Assembly (NCBI RefSeq): GCF_006345805.1
Contig: NC_043018.1
Location: 7,812,001 to 7,876,000, forward strand
Length of the DNA: 64,000 nt
Direction of reading: 5' to 3'
Origin: Octopus sinensis
Taxonomy: Eukaryota
The notes below the pieces were generated by a model that had not been told where the DNA came from, did no database searches, and worked only from the letters and a program-made list of their open reading frames with translations. Of the stretch, positions 22,447-33,743 are shown in pieces. Position 1 is the first letter of the stretch. The number at the start of each line of letters is the position of its first letter. The translations under genes were made by a program, and so were the position numbers.

Positions 22447-22580
22447 CTGTCATTATAGAGCCATGCAATAAACTCTGTTGAATTCCAGTATTTATCTGGC
22501 GCTTCCCAATCACCATCTGACCAAATTACATCAGGTTTGTAATTCATAACCAGTTCATACAACTCAGGCATTGTTTTCTT
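22447..22580 (-). CDS. FUCA: Alpha-L-fucosidase copy B, exon 4 (catalytic nucleophile WSD)
   Basis: ttag|AAG AAA ACA ATG: [45 protein letters not shown] |gtagg; 134 bp. Confidence 0.97.
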
Positions 22581-23227
22581 CTAATAACATATCAAAATAC
22601 ATAGTTATTTAGGACGGAAACACTGAGGTCAAGGGACGGACGGATGGACGGAGAGACAACCGGATGGACACACACACACACAGAGATAAAGAATCAAATG
22701 GAAAAGTTTTTCTTTTTTTTATGCTATTAAACAGGTAATAATTAATCATGATGAAGTTATAGGGTGGCAGGATATAGAGATTAAATGATAACTAAAAATT
22801 TTATGGTTAATTTATTGAGGTTTATCAAAATATTTAAATGTAGAACGGTATCTATGGTTACAGGAATAGCATCCAGGAATTTATTTAGAGTCATATCGGA
22901 AAAGAAAATTCATGGATTCTCTAATGCACAATTTACATACACGCATAATTGTAGGGGGGGGGGGGCTTCGCTATTACAGATCTACTAGTGCAAATCAGTC
23001 AACGTGTTGACTGAATTATATATAAAGCTACATCTTTATTTAGTTTGCTCAGAGTTGCCTCTCTTAGGTACATCTCATTGACAAGAGTCAAAAACTCGGA
23101 ACATTGATGTCTGGGATTCCTAACAGATGGTGACACTGAACGAACTGGGTGTTTTCATACCTTTTTATCATAAGGGAGATTTTTTTTCCTCCACGGTAAC
23201 TGCAGTGTATTTGCCTTTTAGCAGTTG

Positions 23228-23263
<36 letters not shown>

Positions 23264-23339
23264 TGTATGTATGTATGTATGTATGTATGTATGTATGTAT
23301 GTATGTATGTATGTATGTATGTATGTATGTATGTATGTA

Positions 23340-23630
23340 TCACTCGAGTTGCGCATGAGAAAGTAAGGAGGGATGTCAGGAAGGGCATCGCTGTTACACT
23401 TCCAGAAGGGAAGGGTCTTCCTTTGATTCTGACATGCAATGTCTGTGCAAGACCCTGCCTCAGTAAAGCTGGACTCATGAGTCATCTTCGTAGTCATAAA
23501 ACGAGACAGATGAGTGACAACCTGGCCACTGGTGGTGGTGTAACACACCATACTAATCATATCTGTCGGGCATGTGGAAGAGAGTGTAATTCGGCAGGAG
23601 GACTTAAACGACATGCAAAGGTACATGCTA
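23340..23630 (+). mobile_element. RTE-type LINE ORF2 C-terminal fragment with two C2H2 zinc fingers
   Basis: CNVCARPCLSKAGLMSHLRSH and CRACGRECNSAGGLKRHAKVH; 5' end abuts (GTAT)n. Confidence 0.6.
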
Positions 23631-23816
23631 GCATGGATTGGACAGTTCAACCGGGGTCTGTGAAGCCAGGAGGCTGCACCAGGCTCCAGTCTGATCTGGC
23701 AGTATTTCTACAGCTGGGTACTTTTTACGTGCCACCGGCACACACTATTGATAGTATTGGTAAGACAACACAAGAATGAAAGAGACCTTGATATTATGTA
23801 AATAGAGGAATTTATC

Positions 23817-24011
23817 TGTAATATTACATGTGACAATTATTTGGTTGTCATAATAAAACTCCGAGTTTCAGATGCCAGGGCGTTTCGGATATCGAGGCAA
23901 TCAAAATATGCCTCGATAACTGAAGAGATGCCGGTGCGGGTTTCTGCCCCAACATCCGAAACTTTGAGTTTTATTATGGCAACCAAATAATTGTCATATG
24001 TTATATTACAG
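23817..24011. mobile_element. Fold-back element with internal hairpin and hammerhead-like motif
   Basis: ctgtaatattacatgtgacaattatttggttgtcataataaaactc / gagttttattatggcaaccaaataattgtcatatgttatattacag. Confidence 0.75.
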
Positions 24012-24275
24012 GCCGCTTTGGCTGGCTTCCGTGCCGGCGGCACGTAAAAAGCACCAACCGATCGTGGCCGATGCCAGACTTCCCTGGCACCTGTGCCGGT
24101 GGCATGTAAAAAGCACCCACTACACTCGTGGAGTGGTTGGCATTAGGAAGGGCATCCAGCTGTAGAAATACTGCCAGATCAGACTGGAGCCTGGTGCAGC
24201 CCCTGGCTTCCCAGACCCCGGTCGAACCGTCCAACCCATGCTAGCGCGGAAAACGGACGTTAAACGATGATGATA
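24012..24275 (+). mobile_element. RTE-clade LINE 3' end ((GAT)n-tailed family)
   Basis: gtgccggtggcatgtaaaaagcacccactacac...ggacgttaaacgatgatg; same 3' end as the coding LINE at 30960-32500. Confidence 0.8.
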
Positions 24276-24279
24276 TACA

Positions 24280-24660
24280 TATATAAGTTAATCCAAACAT
24301 GAAAACACCAAGAGAAAACACAACAACGCGAGGACATGGAACAAATATAGTATTATTGGACGCTCATGAAGGAAGAGAAGTAGGAGGGTTTAACGTTTCA
24401 CGCGGAGCTCTTCGTCAGAAACATAGGAAAAGGAAAGATCCAGAGAAGGGAACACGGAGGGAAAAAAATCGCCAACGGTACACATGCAGTCACACACACA
24501 TATATATATATATATATATGTATAAAACTTATATATAAAATGTACAAAAGGGGACAAGAACGCAAACTACACAAAGAGACGACACAAAAAAACAGACAGG
24601 TCATTCGAAGCCTCTAATCTTCAGTCAGGAACCGGATCATGTTAGCAATTTCAGCTGATT
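24280..24660 (-). mobile_element. Penelope-like terminal repeat remnant (second copy at ~41690-41910)
   Basis: aagttaatccaaac...tattattggacgctca...gagctc...acatagga shared by both copies; contains a hammerhead-like core. Confidence 0.55.
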
Positions 24661-24786
24661 ACACACACACACACATACACATGCACACGCACTGAAAGAC
24701 ACACAAATTAAAAGAGAGGCACACTAACAAAAAAACAAACAGACAGGTAGACAGACAAAGGTAAGCAGGAATTGGTCGGAACTTAC

Positions 24787-24914
24787 CATGACAAAGTTTT
24801 GGGTTTTAAAACCGTTGGCTTTATCTTGCAGATAAAGAGGGTGGAACCATTCAAAGAGAGAATGGTACAAACCAAAATGTACAGGTGTCTTCCTGATGGC
24901 AGCTGCAAGTTCAC
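24787..24914 (-). CDS. FUCA: Alpha-L-fucosidase copy B, exon 3
   Basis: ttcag|GT GAA CTT...: [42 protein letters not shown] |gtaag; 128 bp. Confidence 0.96.
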
Positions 24915-24959
24915 CTGAAGGATGAGAGAAAAAGAAGTCACCTTTAATTGTTTTCTTTG

Positions 24960-25325
24960 GATGAAGATGATAGTAGTGATGATGATGATGATGAAAATGT
25001 TAATGGCAATGACAATAGTGATGATAAAGATGGTTACAGTGATGGTGCTGATTGTGATGATGATGAAGGTGATGTTGTTGACGATGATGATGATGACAAT
25101 AACAATGTCTGAAAAGATGGTGGTGGTGGTGGTGGGAGGGGTAGGAATAATGATGATGACAATGCTGCTGAGGAGGAGGAGGAGGAAGAGGAGAGGCAGA
25201 TGAAGAAGAGGAAAAGGAGGAAGAGGCACAGGAGGAGGAGGAAGAGGAAGGGGAGGAGGTGGGAGAAAAGGAAGACGGTGAAGGGGAGGAGGAGGGAGAG
25301 GCAGAGGAGGATGAGGAAGAAGAGA
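24960..25325. repeat. Purine-rich (GAT)/(GGT)/(GAG) triplet tract filling most of intron 2
   Basis: Direct inspection. Confidence 0.9.
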
Positions 25326-25348
25326 TTTTCAGGAAAATATAAACTAAC

Positions 25349-25455
25349 CAACAAGGTCTCGTTTTGGCCCCACATCTTTTGAGTTCCAATTCCAGGAGTA
25401 TTTAGATGGCCAGTTGGTGAATCCTTCATGGTGTTTGCTTGTTAGAACAACATAC
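25349..25455 (-). CDS. FUCA: Alpha-L-fucosidase copy B, exon 2
   Basis: ttag|G TAT GTT...: [36 protein letters not shown] |gttag; 107 bp. Confidence 0.97.
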
Positions 25456-25789
25456 CTAACGAAAGAATTTAGAAAAAAAAAAATTAATTAATTAACCTTT
25501 AAACAGCAGGAAAGAGTTGCATGAAGGTGTGTGCCAAACGAGCAAAAAACAAAAATAAAAACTTTTTCAAAAATTACATAGAAATTATCCAATTATTACA
25601 GTTTCTATATTTATTTTCACTTCAAATAAGTAAAAAAAATTTTCTATAATAATTGTTAGTCTCTTGCACAATAAAATTTACAATCTCGTTATTAAAAACT
25701 GCCATAAAATACTGACTTTCCTTTGATGATGGCTGAATGCATGTCAAATTTTTGAAAGATCAATTGACGATGTCAGCTATAATAAAAAT

Positions 25790-27020
25790 AATGAAATTAT
25801 TGTATACAGTGCTCAGGTGCACCACAACTTGTCAGAGTATATGCAGTAATGTACAAATGTCTGGAAAGCGAACAATGCACGAGTCAGATACATGCTTGTG
25901 TGTGTATGGAGGGGAGAAAATCAGGTGTAGTGTTGGCGAATCTCAGAAAGCATGGAAGTTTTGAAGGATGCAGTGCTCCAACAACTAACAACTGATGCCG
26001 GCAGTTTGTTCCATGCTTCAGCAACTCTCAGAGTGAAAAAAATGTTTCCTGAAGTCATGGGAGCTGTGCTGTTTTCTGACTTTGTAAATATGTCCACAGG
26101 TGTTAGATGGGTGGAGTTTGAAAAGGTGCTCAGAGTTATTGTTTGTACGATGGTTGATAATTTTATGGGTGTCTGCCAAGTCAGCTGCCAGACGTCAGAG
26201 TTTCGATGTGTTCATGCCCAGGGAATTAAGGCGTTCAGAATATGGCAAATGCCTGATGGAGGGTATTCTTTTGGTTGCACATCGCTGAACGGCTTCCAGA
26301 CGATTAATATCCTGGGCAAGACAGGGGTTCCAGACCGGTGATGTAAACTCTAGGTGAGGTCTTACCATAGCTATATAAAGCCGCAGATAGATAGAGCTGG
26401 AGAGCGGCTCATGAAGGACTTGGTGAGTGATGCCAAGACACCCTCAGCCTTCTTGACAATTTTAGCGATGTGTTTTGTCCAACACAAATCGCTGTCGACA
26501 ATAACACCCAGGTCACGTTCACATGAAGACTTTTTGAGACTAGTGTTGTGGAGGGAGTAGGTGGATGCTGGGTTTCTCCTCCCAAAATGCATGGTGGTAC
26601 ATTTGTCCACAGCCAGCTTGAGTTGCCAGTCCATGATCCACTGCTGCATTGTGTCCAGGTCTGCTTGCAATAGAGGTCTATAGTGTACAGGATCTGACCT
26701 CTTTATTTCGAGGTACAACTTGATGTCATCTGCATATGTCAGCACTGTGGCATTCTTTAAGTTAGCATCTATGTCATTAACATATGCAACAAATAAAAGG
26801 GGGCCAAGAACAGATCCCTGTGGTACACCAAATGTCATCTCATAGGGCGAAGAGTGCTGTCCTAGAACTGTGACAACCTCTTTTTGGCCGAAAATAAAGG
26901 ACTTCAACCAGTTATAGAGTTCGTCTCTTACGCCCAATGCAGAAAGCTTCACCATAAGTCTTTTGTGTGGCACAGAGTTAAAAGCCTTAGCAAAGTCCAG
27001 GTAAACAACATCCACCCAGG
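25790..27020 (-). mobile_element. 5'-truncated CR1 LINE (RT domain to 3' end)
   Basis: DVVYLDFAKAFNSVPHKRL...GVPQGSVLGPLLF...YADDIKLY...CERDLGVIVD; same 3' end as 11030 and 12675. Confidence 0.95.
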
Positions 27021-28072
27021 ATCCGTGATCAGTGATTTGGGTAACGTCCTCAAAAAACTCAATGAGTTGATTACAGCAGCTATTTAAGAGTTAATCAATT
27101 ACCATATTTTAATGTGTATAAGGAACCCCCTAATTTGGAAAAAAGGTTTTGTAAGGGATTATGATACTATCCATGTATAAGAAACTCCCATATTTTTTAA
27201 CCTAATTTCTGACAAAAAAGGGTTCCTTGTACACGTTGAAATACGGTAATTAATTACCTTCTTTTACTTGTTTCAGCCACTAACTGAACTACGACCATGC
27301 TGGAGCACTGCCTTCAAGAGTTTGTTCAACCCCAGTACTTATTTTTAATTTTTAAGTTATGTACTTATTTTTTCGCTCTATTTTACCAGACCACTAAGCT
27401 ATGGGGACATAAACAAACCAACACCAGTTCTCAAGGAAGCAATAACCTAGATGTTAGAGCTGAAAGAAAGAACAGACATATATATATATATTCTCATATA
27501 CATTTACACACATTTTTATATGCACATTCACATACACTAATATACACATATACCTACAGGAGATGAGTACAATAGATAATTATAACTTGGATAGCTAAGA
27601 CAGGTTTCGGCCAGTATAGGTCCAGGCTATGTCGAACTTAATAGCACCACCTTGTGAAGTCTTTCACCTGGGAAATAAACAACTTTCCCTTCCTCTCCCT
27701 CCTTGCATTTCTTAAGTATGTAATTAAGGAAAATAGAAACTTGAAGTAGTCTGAAAACAAAAGACAAAAATTACTAAGAATGGCTACAAGAAATAGTGAG
27801 TACAACACAGGTAGAAATTCACACATACACACGCACATACACACACATGCATTCTTTCTTACTTTCTTTTACTTGTTTCAGTCATTTGACTGCGGCCATG
27901 CTGGAGCACCGCCTTTAATCGAGCAACTCGACCCCGGGACTTATTCATTGTAAGCCCAGTACTTATTCTATCGGTCTCTTTTGCCGAACCGCTAAGTGAC
28001 GGAGACATAAACACACTATCATCGGTTGTCAAGCGATGTTGGCGGGACAAACACAGACACACAAACATACAC

Positions 28073-28104
<32 letters not shown>

Positions 28105-29010
28105 GAGGTCCAAATTGAGGTCGATCAACATCAGGGCCTCCGTGCAGGTGACACGTAAAAGTACCATCCGTTCGTAGCCGTTCGCCAGCCCTGTCTGGCC
28201 CCCGTGTAGGTGGCACGTAAAAGCACCATCCGTTCGTGTTCGTTGCCAGCCTGGCCTGGCCCCCGTGCCGGTGACACGTAAAAGTACCATCCGTTTGTGG
28301 CCGTTTGCCAGCTCTGTCTGGCCCCCGTGCCGGTGACACGTAAAAGCACCATCCGTTCGTGGCCGTTTGCCAGCTCTGTCTGGCCCCCGTGCCGGTGACA
28401 CGTAAAAGCACCATCCGTTCGTGGCCATTTGCCAGCCCTGTCTGGCCCCCATGTCGGTGACATGTAAAAGCACCATCCGTTCGTGGCCGTTGCCAGCCTC
28501 GCCTGGCCCCCGTGCCGGTGACACGTAAAAGCACCATCCATTCGTGGCCGTTTGCCAGCCCTGTCTGGCCCCCATGTCGGTGGCATGTAAAAGCACCATC
28601 CGTTCGTGCCCGTTGCCAGCCTCGCCTGGCCCCCGTGCCGGTGACACGTAAAAGCACCATCCGTTCGTGGCCGTTTGCCAGCTCTGTCTGCCCCCGTGTT
28701 GGTGGCACGTAAAAGCACCATCCGTTCGTGTCCGTTGCCAGCCTCGCCTGGCCCCCGTGCCGGTGACACGTAAAAGCACCATCCGTTCGTGCCGTTTGCC
28801 AGCTCTGTCTGGCACCTGTGCAGGTGGCACGTAAAAAGCACCCACTACACTCACGGAGTGGTTGGCGTTAGGAAGGGCATCCAGCCGTAGAAACACTGCC
28901 AGATCTGACTGGGCCTGATGAAGCCTTCCAGCTTCACAGACCCCAGTTGAACCGTCCAACCCATGCTAGCACGGAGAATGGACGCTAAATGATGATGATG
29001 ATGATGATGA
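28105..29010 (+). mobile_element. RTE 3' end carrying an expanded tandem array
   Basis: Ends ggacgctaaatgatgatgatg; array at 28140-28850. Confidence 0.85.
28140..28850 (+). repeat. Minisatellite, 11 full units of 61-62 bp plus a terminal partial unit
   Basis: Unit gtgccggtgacacgtaaaagcaccatccgttcgtggccgtt(t)gccagc(tctgtc|ctcgcc)tggcccc. Confidence 0.95.
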
Positions 29011-30337
29011 TGATATATACATATATACGACGGGCTTCTTTCAGTTTCCGTCTACCAAATCCACTCACAAGGCTTTGGTCGGCCCGAGGCTATAGTAGAA
29101 GACACTTGCCCAAGGTGCCATGCAGTGGGACTGAACCCGGAACCATGTGGTTGGTAAACAAGCTACTTACCACACAGCCACTCCTGCATGCATACATACA
29201 CACACGCAAACACAACATAACGATATAGGTGTAGGTATAGTCATGAGGTTAAGTAATGTGCTTCCCAACCATATGGTTTCAGGTTCAGTCCTACTGTGTA
29301 GCATCTCAGACAAGAGTTTTCTATTATAGCCCTGGGCCAACAAAAGCCTTGTCAGTCAATTTGGTAGGCAAAAACTGAAACAACTCCCTCATATATTTAT
29401 ACATGTGTTCCGGGTTCAGTCCCACTGCATGGCACCTTGGGCAAGTATCTTCTACTATAGCCTAGGGCTGACCAAAGCCTTGAGAGTGGATTTGGTAGAC
29501 AGAAACTGAAAGAAGCCCATTTGTTAAAGAGTATTTTCTGCAGTTGGATGCTCTTCCTGTCACCACCACTCACTCGTTTCAAAACAAGGTAATATTGCCT
29601 CATAGCCAGACATGACTTCACTGAAAATTAGAAATGAAGGACACCGCTTGCATGATGGGGACACTTGTTTACAACCATCATGTGAGGAGGAGACAGTAAT
29701 ACACATACAGACATCAGCGGTTTTGCTGGAATTCAGCAACAAGATTTGTGTCAGCCAAACCATAAAACTCTTTTGCTTTTCTCTTTTCTTTCAGATTAAA
29801 TTTTCTTTTCACTCCAATTAGAGCCAACCTACTTAGGAAGCTAAACACGAAGGAAATGGCTGCTCATTTGACTAAAAATCAATACAGTTGCCACAGGGAA
29901 TAGCTGAGCTGTTCTTAATCAATAATAAAAAGAACAGGCATGGTTCAATGCTCTAAATATGTTATAAGTCCACGTTGACAAGATTTTGCTCACTTCTTGT
30001 ATACTTTTCACCTCCTTTGTCATAGTTTTATCAGTTTAGGGCCCAGGCTAATAAACCCTTTACACTCAAGACCACTTTATCAAGATTTCATGGGTGTCAG
30101 GAAGGTCAGAATCCTGAGTATAAAAAAAAAAGCCATGCCACTGTTACCTCTTTTTGAATAGTTTACTGACAATGGTTTTGTCACATGAATTTGGACATCG
30201 ATGCCAGCGCCACCTGACTGGTGTCTGTGTGTGTCAGTGACACATAAAAGTACCAACCAATCGTGGCCGTTTGCCAGTCTCCTCTGGCCTGTATATATAC
30301 ATACATACATACATATATATATATATACATATATATA

Positions 30338-30399
<62 letters not shown>

Positions 30400-30469
30400 T
30401 GTATATATATATGTATGTATATATATATGTATATATGTATGTATATATATATGTATATATGTATGTGTG

Positions 30470-30690
30470 TGTATATGTTTGTGTGTCTGTGTTTGTCCCC
30501 CACCATCGCTTGACAACCGATGTTGGTGTGTTTACACCCTTATAACTTAGCGGTTCGACAAGAGACCGATAGAATAAGTACTAAGCTTACAAAGAATAAG
30601 TCCTGAGGTCGATTTGCTCAACTAAAGGCAGTGCTCCAGCATGGCAGCTGTCAAATGACTGAAACAAATAAAAGAATAAAAAGAATATGC
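30470..30690 (+). mobile_element. OK-type SINE 3' half
   Basis: gtgtttgtcccccaccatcgcttgacaaccgatg...caaatgactgaaacaa. Confidence 0.85.
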
Positions 30691-30959
30691 TTTAAATCTA
30701 AGCATTAGATGAGTACGGAACATTAATATAGATTATGGTATGACAAGGAAACAAGAATTATGCAATCAACTTCATTAGCTTACAGCTGTTTCTGCTGTAA
30801 AAGCAGAGCATTGACAACTGTTTCTTATAGCAGAAACAGCTAATGAAATTGATTGTGTAATTCAACTATTTCTGTTACATATGCATACTGTTTCATTTCT
30901 GCAGACATGACCTGGTGTTTCAAACTTGTTTTATTATTTTTCATTTCAGATTATAGTAT

Positions 30960-32500
30960 CATCATTCATCATCATCGTTGTTTAACGTCCGTTTTCCATG
31001 CTGGCATGAGTTGGACGGCTTCACTTGAGACTGGCAAGCCAGCAGGCTGCACCAAGCTCCCATCTGATCTGGCAAAGTTTCTACAGCAGGATGCCCTTCT
31101 TAACTCCAACCATTCTGAGAGTGTAGTGGGTGCTTTTTACATGCCACCAGCACGGGAACCAATCAAGCAACATAGGCATCATTCACATTTGGATGGTGTT
31201 TTTTAAGTCCCACTGGCACTGGAGCCAGTTGGTTGGGGACTGCACTCAATCATGTTTGGATGGTGCTTTTTACATGCCACTTGCACAGGGAGCCAGTCAG
31301 GCGGCACTGGCATCAACCACATTTGGATGGTGTTTTTAAGTGCCACCGGCACAGGAGCCAGTTGGTTGGGGACTGCACTCAATCATGTTTGGATGGTGCT
31401 TTTTACATGCCACTTGCACAGGGAGCCAGTCAGGCGGCACTGGCATCAACCACATTTGGATGGTGTTTTTAAGTGCCACCGGCACAGGAGCCAGTTGGTT
31501 GGGGACTGCACTCAATCATGTTTGGATGGTGCTTTTTACATGCCACTTGCACTGGCATCAACCCACACTTGAATGATGCTTATTATATGCTACCAGCACA
31601 GGTGCCGGTCAGGTGGCACCGGCATCGACTACAACTACAATTTTCATTTTGATTTTGATTTTATTTGACTCAATAGGTCTTCTCAAGCACAGTATATCAT
31701 CCGATGATTCAAGGGTACTTTTAAATGGACTGGTTATGCGACACTGATGTAGACAGTGATCTCGCTTTCCTTGCTGGGTCTTCTCAACCACAGCATATCT
31801 CCAGAGGTCTCGGTCTCTTGTTATTGCCTCTGTGAGGCCCAATGTTCGAAGGCCGTGCTTCACCACCTCATCCCTTGTCTTCCTGGGTCTCCCTCTTCCA
31901 TCCACTGTTAGGGTGTGACAGTTCTTCACACAGCTCTCCTCGTCCATACGCAACACATGACCATACCAACACAATCATCTTTCATGCACACCATATCTGA
32001 TGCTTCTTATGTTCAACACTTCTCTCAGGGTGCTTGCACTCTGTCGTGTGAGCACACTAACATTACACATCCAGCAGATCATACTACCTTCATTTCTTTC
32101 AAACTTGAGCAGGTCCTCAACAATCATGGCCCAGGTTTCAATGCCATGTAACATGGCTGTTCACACACAGGCATCATACAGTCTACCTTTCGCTCTGAGC
32201 AAGAGGCCCTTTGTTACCAGCAGAGGTAAAGTTTTCTGAACTTTGCCCAGGCTATTCTTATTCTAGTGGCAACACTCTCAGAGCATCCACATCCACTACA
32301 GACTTGGTCACCTAGGTAGCGGAAGCTATCAACTACTTCTAGTTTCTTCCCCTGGCGTGTGATGGAATTTGCTTTCTGAACATCTTCGGTGTTTATTACC
32401 CCTGTGCATCTGCCACACACAAAAACTATCATCCTGATTAACCTTCCTTTGATATCGCTGTTTACAGCAATTATCCTTGATGCAAACACCAGAAGCAAAA
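30960..32500 (-). mobile_element. 5'-truncated RTE-clade (RTEX-like) LINE
   Basis: FVCGRCTG...KLEVVDSFRYLGDQ...RIRIAWAKFRKL and WYGHVLRMDEESCVK...GRGRPRKT...DRDLWRYAV; (GAT)n tail at ~30960-30976. Confidence 0.9.
31189..31560. repeat. 133-bp higher-order repeat (dimer of ~66-bp units, ~3 copies) in the LINE 3' UTR
   Basis: ttggatggtgctttttac at 31256, 31389, 31522; ttggatggtgttttt at 31189, 31323, 31456. Confidence 0.9.
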
Positions 32501-32519
32501 GTGTCATTTGGTTTCTAAA

Positions 32520-33500
32520 GGTGGGCCTACTCTGGGTGAATCTAAGGTGCCAGCATAAGGTTGCACAAAAGATGTTAGGGGTGATGTGGTCGCAGAAATT
32601 GTGTGACAGCCATGACTAGGTTCTCCTTCTTGTGTGGGATGGTACATAGTCCTGTTGCCAGACACAGGGTCTTCCAGCAACCACCCTCTTGACCCAGGTC
32701 AGTACTACCTCCTCCAGGTACTTGATGTAGGCCTCCATGTTGAGTCTAAGGCTGTGTGGGAAGATGAATGGAGGCATAACATCACCATCACTAGTGATCA
32801 CTCCAAACACCATGATGTTGAATGGATGCTTCATTTTTTTCACTCTTGGTACATGTTTTGGAGATATGGCAAGCTGATGGTTGTTCTCTGTGTTCACCAT
32901 CTGATCCTGATAGAAATTCTTCTTGTCTCAGAAAAACCAAAGCATGTTCAGTTATAGGGGATACCGGAGTTTGTTCAAAAGCTTCGTAGCATGGTCTTTC
33001 CTCTTGTCCTTGATGGCTTGGGATAGAAATTGGCCCTTTCCTATCTTGTATGAGGAATACCCAATGTCATCATGCACTAACTGCCTGATAAGAAACGCAG
33101 ACACTCCCATGTCCCTGGCGACAGACCTGATTGACTTGGGGGGATCATTGTCAATCGTGGCCTGGATCTCACCATCAATTTCAGGAGTTCTTTTCAGATC
33201 TATTCAATGATCAGAGTGAGTTTACAGAGCTGCCGTATCTTCGTAATCACCATTAGACTCATCCAATTCTTTCTGAATCCTCTGCATTGTCCTCAGATTG
33301 ACACCCAAATACCTTGAAATGGGGCTTCCAGCATGGATGCCAAGCAGTACAGCATGTTGTTTCCAAATTACTGGCTGAGTGAATTGCGTCGTGGCGCTGT
33401 TTTTCTCACAGACGGTGCCCAACAGATCCAACTATACTGTGTAGCCGACAAAATCAAAAACAATGCGCATGCGCGAAATGAAAACTATAAAACATATAAC
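32520..33500 (-). mobile_element. Decayed maT-type Tc1/mariner transposon, most of the transposase present
   Basis: LGVNLRTMQRIQKEL...TPEIDGEIQATIDNDPPKSIRSVARDMGVS...MLWFF*DKKNF...IMVFGVITSDGDVMPP...VWQQD; same family as 400-1273. Confidence 0.88.
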
Positions 33501-33743
33501 TGAAAAATAAACAATGTTCCCCCCCCCCTCTCCTAGAATTCTTCTGGCTTATAATTAAGGAAACAATAATGCTAACTACAACAATAATACTAGCTTCTAC
33601 CGCTGTCCACATAACTGCTAGAAATAAAAGCCAAACAAACCTCAATTCACGCCTTAGTCTTAATAAAAACGAAGGGTACATTAGATTGTACAGATCTCCA
33701 GATACTACGGTACTATGTTTAAAAGCTGGAGGGGAAAATAAAG

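Larger units (their letters stand above)
27855..29195 (-). mobile_element. OK-type SINE split in its microsatellite by an RTE 3'-end insertion
   Basis: 3' half at 27855-28085, 5' half at 29010-29195. Confidence 0.85.

Noticed and set aside
24783-25429. Ser-, Arg-, Met- and Ile-rich ORFs
   Set aside because: Triplet-repeat intron; the real coding parts are exons 2 and 3 in other frames
28140-28850. CRISPR-like regular array
   Set aside because: Units are contiguous near-identical repeats with no unique spacers, lie in a LINE 3' UTR, and there are no cas genes in this eukaryotic context
27859-28959. 366-aa, 229-aa and 236-aa ORFs
   Set aside because: Antisense read-through of the minisatellite and flanking SINE; no domain signal
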